Assembly: GCA_036397455.1 (NCBI GenBank)
Contig: DASWIX010000079.1
Location: forward strand, 196,037-260,036
From: Gemmatimonadales bacterium
GTDB taxonomy: Bacteria > Gemmatimonadota > Gemmatimonadetes > Gemmatimonadales > GWC2-71-9
Reading direction: 5' to 3'
DNA: 64,000 bases
Position numbers and translations under genes: made by a program
The notes under the pieces: model-generated
What the model was told of the DNA's origin: nothing
Databases searched by the model: none
Seen by the model: only the letters and a program-made list of their open reading frames with translations
In this document: piece after piece, positions 27,027-34,048 of the stretch
Position numbering within the stretch: position 1 is the first letter of the stretch
How the letters are laid out: each line of letters opens with the position of its first letter

Positions 27027-28222
27027 GCGCCAACCGGAAACTGGATCGTGAATTCGGCGCCGCCGGCGGCGGTTTCGCCGACGACGATGGTTCCGCCGTG
27101 GGCCGACACCGTCTGGCGCACCATGGCCAGACCGAGCCCCGTCCCGAGGTGCTTCGACGTGACGTACGGCTCGAACACCCGGTGGCGATCCTGTTCCGGA
27201 ATCCCGGGGCCGTGATCGCGCACGACGATGCGAACCGCCGTTCCGTCGTCGGCCGGCGCCAGTCCCGACTCGACCTCGATGCCGCGCTGATCGGTGGCGT
27301 CGACGGCGTTCTGTACGACGTTTTGTACCGCGCGCCGGATCGGTTCGTAGCGACCATGGATCGAAAGACCCGGCGTGATGCGCTCGGTCACGGGGCAGCC
27401 CTCGGGCACCGTGGCGCCAATGACGCTCGCCAGCAGCTCCGCCACGTCGATCGGCGCCGCGGGTCCTTCAGGAAGCCGCCCGAACTCCGCAAACTCCTTT
27501 GCCATCCGCTCGAGCCGCTGCGTTTCATCGGCAACGACCTCGATCGCGTGCGATGGCGGCGCGACGGCGGCGAGCTGGCGGATCGCGAGCTGCGTAGCGG
27601 TGAGCGGACCACGCATCTCGTGCGCCACCCGCCGCGCCGTTTCCCGGAACGCGTGCAGCCGCACCTGTTCCAATTCCTGGTGCCGGACCCGGTCGAGCGC
27701 CGCATCCATCTCCCTGAGGGCGTTGCGGAGCGCAGCGAATTCCGGCGCGTGACCGCTCTCCGCGTCGGCCGGGAGGGGCTGGCGGCGTTCGACCAGACGG
27801 ACCCAGCGTACCAGCTCTTCGATGGGCGCCGAGACGTAGCGTGACCAACGCCGCGCCAATCCGAGGGAGGCCGCGATCAACACGACCGCCACGACCAGAA
27901 TCACGAGGCCCAGTGCGCCGGCGGCATAGCGGCTGAGCGTTTCCGCGCGGCGCGCCATCGAGGTTCGACGCGCGATCGTATCGGTATGCGCCCGGATCGC
28001 GTTCCGGCCGGCGGCATCGAGCGCAAGCGTATCGACCGCCGTCATCAGAGCCCTGCCGCTCTCGGCGACCTCATCGAGCGCCGCGCGCGGGCCGGTCGCG
28101 GAGGCGGTCGAACGGACCTGCACCGCCAGCACGAACAGCGCCGCGGCGAGCGGCAGGGTTCCGAGACCGACCAATCCGAGAAACACACGTTGCCGAAACG
28201 CGAGCCGCATCCGTCTAGTCAC
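27023..28222 (-). CDS. Sensor histidine kinase (2 TM, HAMP-like linker, HisKA, HATPase)
   Basis: 399 aa. H-box VAHEMRGPLT. N-box VVQNAVDAT. G1 VRDHGPGIP. G2 GTGLGLAMV. Overlaps the response regulator start (27023-27026) and the upstream M20 gene end. Confidence 0.9.
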   Translation of the reverse strand: MTRRMRLAFRQRVFLGLVGLGTLPLAAALFVLAVQVRSTASATGPRAALDEVAESGRALMTAVDTLALDAAGRNAIRAHTDTIARRTSMARRAETLSRYAAGALGLVILVVAVVLIAASLGLARRWSRYVSAPIEELVRWVRLVERRQPLPADAESGHAPEFAALRNALREMDAALDRVRHQELEQVRLHAFRETARRVAHEMRGPLTATQLAIRQLAAVAPPSHAIEVVADETQRLERMAKEFAEFGRLPEGPAAPIDVAELLASVIGATVPEGCPVTERITPGLSIHGRYEPIRRAVQNVVQNAVDATDQRGIEVESGLAPADDGTAVRIVVRDHGPGIPEQDRHRVFEPYVTSKHLGTGLGLAMVRQTVSAHGGTIVVGETAAGGAEFTIQFPVGA

Positions 28223-29378
28223 GCCCGCAATAGGCGGTCGCCGCCGCCACGAGGATCGCGCTCAGGTTCCGCACGGATTCGAGGTCGACCCATTCCTCGG
28301 CGGCGTGTGCGCCCGCGCCGCTCGCGCCCAGCACGACCGTTTCGATCCCCGCAGCCTGGAGAAAGGCCGCATCCATCCACGGCGTCTGACCGCCGTACGC
28401 GGGCGGCGATCCAAGCACCGCCGTGGCCGCATCGGCGACCGCGCGCACGATGGCGGCATCCTGATCCACGCCAAAAGGATCCCGCCACAACAGCGCGCGC
28501 ACCGCCGCCCTGAAATCCGGATCGACCGCGGCAAGTTGGTGCACCACGTGCTCGATCTCCCGCACGACCTGTTGTTCGGTTTCGCCGGGAATCGTGCGTC
28601 GTTCGATCTCCGCGCGCGAGCGGGCGGCATAGATCGAAGGGCCGGTCCCGCCCGCGAGTAACCCCACGTGCAGCGACGGCGGCCCGACGAGCGGATGGGG
28701 GTCGCGGGCGCGCAGCTCGCGTTCCAGCCCATCGAGCGCGGCGAGAAAGAGCCCCATCCGCATGTTGGCATCGACCCCGAGATCGAACCGGCTGCCATGG
28801 GCGGCGCGCCCGGTCGTCTCGACCTCGACCCAGCAGAACCCCTTGTGCGCCAGACAGATCCCGAGATCCGTGGGCTCGGTGACGATGGCCGCATCGGTGT
28901 GCACGTAGCGCAGCACCTCCTGCATCCCGACGCTCTCCGTCTCCTCGTCGGCGACGGCGACGACGAGCACGTCACCCGCCAGGTCGCGGTCGGCCAGATC
29001 GTGGGCAGCCTGCATGCACGCCGCGAGCCCGCTCTTCATGTCGTACGCGCCGCGTCCGTAGACGCGCCCATCCCGCACCGCGCCCGAAAACGGCTCCGCC
29101 ATCTCCCCAACGCCGACAGTGTCCAGGTGGGCGTACAGCATGAGGCTCTTGCCGGCTCCGGTCCCGGCGCGGCGTCCAACGACGCTCATCCGCCCCGGCT
29201 CCGGCTCGTAACTGGTGACAGCGAGACCGATCCGATCGAGCCATTCCGCCACGAAGGACGCGATCGCCCGTTCGTCGGTTTTGCCGCCGGAGAACGCGGG
29301 ATTGATCGAATTGATCTGCACCAGCTCTGACAGCAATCGCGTGACGCCGTCTGGTGAATCGCTCCGGTGGCTTGCCAT
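28215..29378 (-). CDS. M20-family metallopeptidase (ArgE/DapE/acetylornithine deacetylase-like)
   Basis: ATG 29378 is preceded by AAGGAG. Motifs LMLYAHLDTV, VAVADEETES and GAHAAEEWV are typical of M20 dimetal hydrolases. Substrate unknown. Confidence 0.85.
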   Translation of the reverse strand: MASHRSDSPDGVTRLLSELVQINSINPAFSGGKTDERAIASFVAEWLDRIGLAVTSYEPEPGRMSVVGRRAGTGAGKSLMLYAHLDTVGVGEMAEPFSGAVRDGRVYGRGAYDMKSGLAACMQAAHDLADRDLAGDVLVVAVADEETESVGMQEVLRYVHTDAAIVTEPTDLGICLAHKGFCWVEVETTGRAAHGSRFDLGVDANMRMGLFLAALDGLERELRARDPHPLVGPPSLHVGLLAGGTGPSIYAARSRAEIERRTIPGETEQQVVREIEHVVHQLAAVDPDFRAAVRALLWRDPFGVDQDAAIVRAVADAATAVLGSPPAYGGQTPWMDAAFLQAAGIETVVLGASGAGAHAAEEWVDLESVRNLSAILVAAATAYCGRD

Positions 29379-29431
29379 GTCGGGCTCCTTACATTTCCAT
29401 CCCCTGCCCTGGTTCAATCCACGAGAAGGCG

Positions 29432-29542
29432 ATGGCCGTCAGCGATAGTTACCGTGAATATGCGCTCGAGCAACTGGGCCGGGTCATCCCGGTCACGGCC
29501 TGGGCGATGTTCGGCGGCGTCGGGATCTACGGCGAAGCCCTC
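29432..29542 (+). pseudogene. TfoX_N-like gene fragment (first ~37 codons only)
   Basis: MAVSDSYREYALEQLGRVIPVTAWAMFGGVGIYGEAL matches the TfoX N-terminal domain pattern (L..LG.V....MFGG.G.Y..G). The similarity then stops abruptly and the frame runs into Pro/Gly/Arg-rich sequence. Confidence 0.4.
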
Positions 29543-29554
29543 GACCATCAAGGG

Positions 29555-29709
29555 GCCTTCAATCACGATCATCCTGGACCGGGATGCGACTGTGCCGCAT
29601 CGCTTTCGCCGCGGCGTATGCCGACGGTGGGCCGCGGCCAGCCGCTTGTACTCCTCGTAACGGGCTGGGTTGGTGACCTCGATGTCGACGATGATATATC
29701 CCGGCATGT
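29555..29709 (-). pseudogene. DUF1330 gene remnant (internal deletion plus frameshift)
   Basis: The N-terminus MPGYIIVDIEVTNPARYEEYKRLAAA is canonical DUF1330. About 45 central residues are missing. The C-terminal blocks appear in two different frames (YAAAKAMRHS in one and SRSRMIVIEG in another). Confidence 0.5.
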
Positions 29710-29900
29710 GGGTACCCGTCCTGGTTCGGTTGAATGGTCCCTGAGACATCCGTTGGCGCGGGCGACACGACGCCCCGTCATGCGGGCAGCGCGGTTCCCC
29801 AATAATTGGGGGCTTCAGGGAATCGTGTGGGTTCCTGGTCGGGTTTCCTGGACGAGGTTAAGGAGGGGCACACTCGGCACCGCCCCTCCCCCCGCGTTGG

Positions 29901-30081
29901 ACCGCAGAGAGCGCAGAGGACGCAGAGGGCTTGCGGCACCCGCGACAGGTTCCAGATCGCGCGACCCGAGCATCAGTCCTCGATGGTCCCTTCCACCCCC
30001 AACAACTCCTGACTCAATGGGCACGACGGAGCGGCGGGGAATCACGCGGAAACCCTCTGCGTCCTCCGCGTCCTCTGCGGT
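29901..30081. repeat. 29-bp imperfect inverted repeat (26/29) flanking a 123-bp spacer, a MITE/REP-like element
   Basis: The left arm at 29901-29929 is ACCGCAGAGAGCGCAGAGGACGCAGAGGG. The reverse complement of the right arm at 30053-30081 is ACCGCAGAGGACGCGGAGGACGCAGAGGG. Each arm is itself built from CGCAGAGG(A) units. C-rich and G-rich flanks extend the symmetry imperfectly to about 29875-30110. Confidence 0.7.
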
Positions 30082-30427
30082 AGGCACGGGCGGGGGTGGG
30101 GGCCCCGCTGCGCTCGCAACGGTCTCCGTGAGCGGCCCCTACCCCTCCGCGGGTTGGGTATCGGACCTGTGACAACCCATACGAAACACCGACCCGGCAG
30201 GTACATCGTGTCGATCACCTCGATCGTGAAACCGCCCCCATCTCCCCTCGATCGAGCAGCGCTCGCAGGCGTCGATGCGTTCCATTATGAAGCGCGGCCA
30301 ATCGCGGCGGCCGTGCCCTCGATCGGTCATCGTAACGATGAGATTCGATATCAGAATCTGCAACCTTATTCCCCTGAGGAGCGTCTAAGTCAGTAATCGA
30401 CAGACATCACAGCGCGGAGTGAGAAGC

Positions 30428-33118
30428 ATGGGGCGACAAGCACTGGCGTTGATACTCCTCTCTTGCGGCACCCCGCTCGCGGCGCAAAACGGCCATACGA
30501 TTCCGTCGCCCGAGGTCCGCGCCGTCCGTTTGACCGAGCGGATCACGCTGGACGGCCGACTCGCCGAGTCGGTCTGGCGAACCGCGCCACCCGCCGACGG
30601 GTTTCGTCAGAATCAACCCCGCGAAGGGCAACCAGCCACCCAGCGCACCGAAGTCCGGTTCGCGTATGACGGCGAGGCGGTTTACATCGGGGCGCGCATG
30701 GACGACAGCCTCGGCGCGGCGGGGGTTCAGACTCGCCTCGTCCGCCGGGACGGGGACCTGAGTTCGGACTATCTCACCGTCATCTTCGACCCCTATCACG
30801 ATCATATCGGCCGTTTGTTCTTCACCGTAAACCCCTCCGGCGTCCGCGCGGACGCCGACGGGTTGGGGGGTGGCGAGGACGACTCATGGGACCCTGTATG
30901 GGAAGTGAAGACCGCCATCGACGACGACGGCTGGACCGCGGAGATCCGAATCCCGTTCTCGCAACTCCGCTATCCCGAGACGCGTGACGCCCAAACGTGG
31001 GGCCTGCAGATCTGGCGCGCGGTCAATCGGCTGAACGAAATCCAGATGTGGTCGTTCTGGGGGCTGCAGGAGACCGGCGGGCCGTCGCGATTCGGCCATC
31101 TCAGCGGCTTGGAGATTCAGGCGTCGCCGCAGCGGGCTGAGATCCTGCCGTATGTGGTCGGCCGATCGACCAACGAGCCGGTGATCGACCCCGATGACCC
31201 CTTCGCCAAGGCCCATACGGCCGACGGCCGTTTCGGCGCCGACGCGCGGGTGCTGCTCACCTCGAACTTGACGCTCAACCTCAGCGTCAATCCGGACTTC
31301 GGGCAGGTCGAAGTCGATCCGGCGGTGGTGAACCTCTCGGCGTTCGAGACCTTCTTCTCGGAACGACGACCGTTTTTCGTGGAGGGCGCCGGGTATTTCG
31401 GCTTCGGCGGCTTGAACTGCTACTTCTGCTCCAACGTGTCGAGCCTGTCGATGTTCTACAGCCGGCGCATCGGACGCTATCCCCAGGCAGCCGGCAACGC
31501 GTTCGACGCCGGCTCGTACGCCGACGTGCCGGAGAATACGAATATCCTCGGTGCCGCGAAGCTCACCGGCCGAACGGCAAGCGGATGGTCCGTCGGCGTG
31601 CTCGATGCCGTCACGCGCCGCGAACGCGCGACGGTCCAACGGGCCGATGATTCCCGCACGCAGGTCACCGTCGAACCGTTCACGAACTATTTCGTCGGAC
31701 GCGTCGCGCGGGATCTCCGCGACGGCGCCACCGTGTTACGCGGTATCGTCACGTCCGTGGTTCGGAACTTCGACGATCCGGCGCTGGGCGAGCACATGAG
31801 CCGTCACGCCGAGTCGGTCGGGCTCGGAACGGACTGGTGGTTTGGAAACCGTGATTACCGGTTGATGGCGCAGTTCGCCGGAACGCAGGTGACGGGCGAC
31901 GCGGCCGCGATGCTGCGCCTGCAGCGATCGAGTGCCCGCTACTTTCAGCGGCCCGATCGTGAACACGGACGCAACGGCTTCCTCACCGACGCGTTCGATC
32001 CGTCGCTCACCGTCATGCGCGGGCTTGGGGCCTACGCCCGTTTTGCCCGGGAATCCGGCAGTCTGCTGTGGGAAGTGGCGACCAACGTTCGCACGCCGGG
32101 ATTCGAGAACAACGACATCGCGTTCCTGTCCCGCGCCGACTACTGGTGGATGCACGCCAACGTCTTCCCGCAATTCACCCGACCGACATCCTGGTACCGG
32201 ACCTTGTTCTTCATCGGAGGGGGACAGCAGCAGTACAACTTCGACGGTGACCTCACCGACCGGCAGGCGCAGGTTTTCGGATACTGGCAACTCCTCAACT
32301 ACTGGAACATACAGACCTTCTACATCCATCGCTGGGAACTGGACGACGACCGGCTCACACGGGGCGGGCCGGTCGTCGAGCGCGCGGCGCTCGACTTTTG
32401 GCAGGCGAGCGTCTCGACCGACTCGCGCAAGGCACTGGTACTGTCCGCCAACCCGACCGTCTCCGGGAACGCCGATGGGGCGCGGAGTTGGTCGGCCGAC
32501 CTCGGCGTGACGTGGCGGCCGGCATCGAACATCTCGATCTCGCTGGGACCGAGCTACAACTACGGGGAATCCGCCGCGCAATATGTCACGAGCATCGCCG
32601 ACACCACGGCCGTCGCGTTCTTCGGCCGGCGCTACGTCTTCGCGGGGATCACGCAGCGCACGCTGTCGATGAATACGCGACTCAACATCACGTTTACGCC
32701 GAACCTGACGCTCGAGTTGTTCGCGCAACCGTTCATGGCGAGCGCCGACTACGATGGTTTCCGCGAGTTCGCGGCGCCGCGGCAACTCGAGAAGCTGGTG
32801 TACGGCCTGGACGTGGGCACGGTGAGCAGCAGGCGCGCGAACGGCGTGACGACGTATACCATCGATCCCGATGCCGACGGACCCGCCGACGCGTTCGAAC
32901 TCGACGACCCGAGCTTCACGTTCCGGTCGCTTCGCGGCAACGCCGTCCTGCGGTGGGAGTACATGCCCGGCTCGACGCTCTTCCTCGTCTGGACCCGCCA
33001 GAGCGCGTCGTCGATTGGTGCGGGAGACCTGCGCATCGGCCGCGACGCCGAGGCGCTGTTCGAGGGTCCCGCCGAGAACATCTTCCTGGTGAAGGTCAAC
33101 TACCGGCTTGGCGCCTAG
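30428..33118 (+). CDS. CBM9-like / DUF5916 domain outer-membrane-type protein
   Basis: Signal peptide MGRQALALILLSCGTPLAAQ. The N-terminal block ITLDGRLAESVWRTAPPADGFRQNQPREGQPATQRTEVRFAYDGEAVYIGARMDD is typical of carbohydrate-binding family 9-like domains. A long beta-rich C-terminus (DUF5916-like) follows, ending LVKVNYRLGA. The start is ATG 30428 or GTG 30419. Confidence 0.75.
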   Translation: MGRQALALILLSCGTPLAAQNGHTIPSPEVRAVRLTERITLDGRLAESVWRTAPPADGFRQNQPREGQPATQRTEVRFAYDGEAVYIGARMDDSLGAAGVQTRLVRRDGDLSSDYLTVIFDPYHDHIGRLFFTVNPSGVRADADGLGGGEDDSWDPVWEVKTAIDDDGWTAEIRIPFSQLRYPETRDAQTWGLQIWRAVNRLNEIQMWSFWGLQETGGPSRFGHLSGLEIQASPQRAEILPYVVGRSTNEPVIDPDDPFAKAHTADGRFGADARVLLTSNLTLNLSVNPDFGQVEVDPAVVNLSAFETFFSERRPFFVEGAGYFGFGGLNCYFCSNVSSLSMFYSRRIGRYPQAAGNAFDAGSYADVPENTNILGAAKLTGRTASGWSVGVLDAVTRRERATVQRADDSRTQVTVEPFTNYFVGRVARDLRDGATVLRGIVTSVVRNFDDPALGEHMSRHAESVGLGTDWWFGNRDYRLMAQFAGTQVTGDAAAMLRLQRSSARYFQRPDREHGRNGFLTDAFDPSLTVMRGLGAYARFARESGSLLWEVATNVRTPGFENNDIAFLSRADYWWMHANVFPQFTRPTSWYRTLFFIGGGQQQYNFDGDLTDRQAQVFGYWQLLNYWNIQTFYIHRWELDDDRLTRGGPVVERAALDFWQASVSTDSRKALVLSANPTVSGNADGARSWSADLGVTWRPASNISISLGPSYNYGESAAQYVTSIADTTAVAFFGRRYVFAGITQRTLSMNTRLNITFTPNLTLELFAQPFMASADYDGFREFAAPRQLEKLVYGLDVGTVSSRRANGVTTYTIDPDADGPADAFELDDPSFTFRSLRGNAVLRWEYMPGSTLFLVWTRQSASSIGAGDLRIGRDAEALFEGPAENIFLVKVNYRLGA

Positions 33119-33159
33119 AGAGGCTGTTCCCTGGACCTTCGAGCGCCTGCACAAGACCC

Positions 33160-34044
33160 TCAACGGGGGTCGTCCGCGGCAACCCGTGTAGGGTCACGGC
33201 GTCCCGTCGCCACGATCAGCGCCTGTCCGGGCTCAACCACGTCCACATACTCGACGGACCCGAAGCCGGCCGACTCGAGTTCGGCGATAATCTCCGCCTC
33301 GGTGAAGTGGTGCTCGTAGGTCGGCTCGAGCTTGTCACCCAGCTCGACCGGCGGGCGCCGTCGCAGTCGCCGGAGCGGGTTGGCGATGGCGGCCACCGCC
33401 CGGAAGTAGAACGCGCCCTCCCGCCGTGCGCAGAACCCGAGGACGACCGGGCCGCCGGGAACAACGGCACGTCGCAGCGCCTCGAGGAACTCGATGCGAC
33501 GCGCGCGGGGGATCATGTGGATATACACGCCCCATCCGACGAGCGCGCCGTCCCAGGGCGTGTCCGGTCGCGGGCATTCATCCGGCGGGACGCGCCGAAT
33601 CCGCGCCGCGCTGCCTTCGCGCGTGAGAAACGCGTTGCCGTAGTCGACGAGCACGTCGTTGCACTCAAACCCATCCACCCGATGTCCCATTCCCGAGAGC
33701 GCTAAGACCTCGCGCCCGCCTCCGGCCCCGAGCACGAGGACGGACCGCGCGTCCGCGAGGTGGCGGACGACCGGGACCTCTTCGCGTGGCGTCAGACCGC
33801 GCCGATTGAACGCGTCGTCGGCGTAGGGGGTTGGTCCGGAGTAGAAGGCGTGGTTCACGCGGTCGAGCTGCTGGCGTGACAACAGCCCGAGCCACACGCC
33901 GCCATGAACCGCCTCCACGAAGCGAATGGCGCCGGTGACGACCTTCGTCACGGCCCGCCCTCCTGCTTTGAGCCAGCGATGGGTGCGGATGACGAGCAAC
34001 GCGACCTCCTCCCGGTCGGACCGCCGCCCGCCATCCTCCTCCAA
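33160..34044 (-). CDS. Class I SAM-dependent methyltransferase
   Basis: Motif I VLVLGAGGGREVLAL and post-I acidic residue VDGFECN. The start is uncertain (TTG 34044, 4 nt after the upstream stop). Confidence 0.7.
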   Translation of the reverse strand: MEEDGGRRSDREEVALLVIRTHRWLKAGGRAVTKVVTGAIRFVEAVHGGVWLGLLSRQQLDRVNHAFYSGPTPYADDAFNRRGLTPREEVPVVRHLADARSVLVLGAGGGREVLALSGMGHRVDGFECNDVLVDYGNAFLTREGSAARIRRVPPDECPRPDTPWDGALVGWGVYIHMIPRARRIEFLEALRRAVVPGGPVVLGFCARREGAFYFRAVAAIANPLRRLRRRPPVELGDKLEPTYEHHFTEAEIIAELESAGFGSVEYVDVVEPGQALIVATGRRDPTRVAADDPR

Positions 34045-34048
34045 CGGG

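Noticed and set aside
29354-30172. The 272-aa plus-strand ORF spanning the decayed region.
   Set aside because: - Only residues 27-63 (the TfoX_N-like part) look protein-like.
- The rest is Pro/Gly/Arg/Ser-rich and runs straight through the inverted repeat. I treated it as a remnant plus noise.
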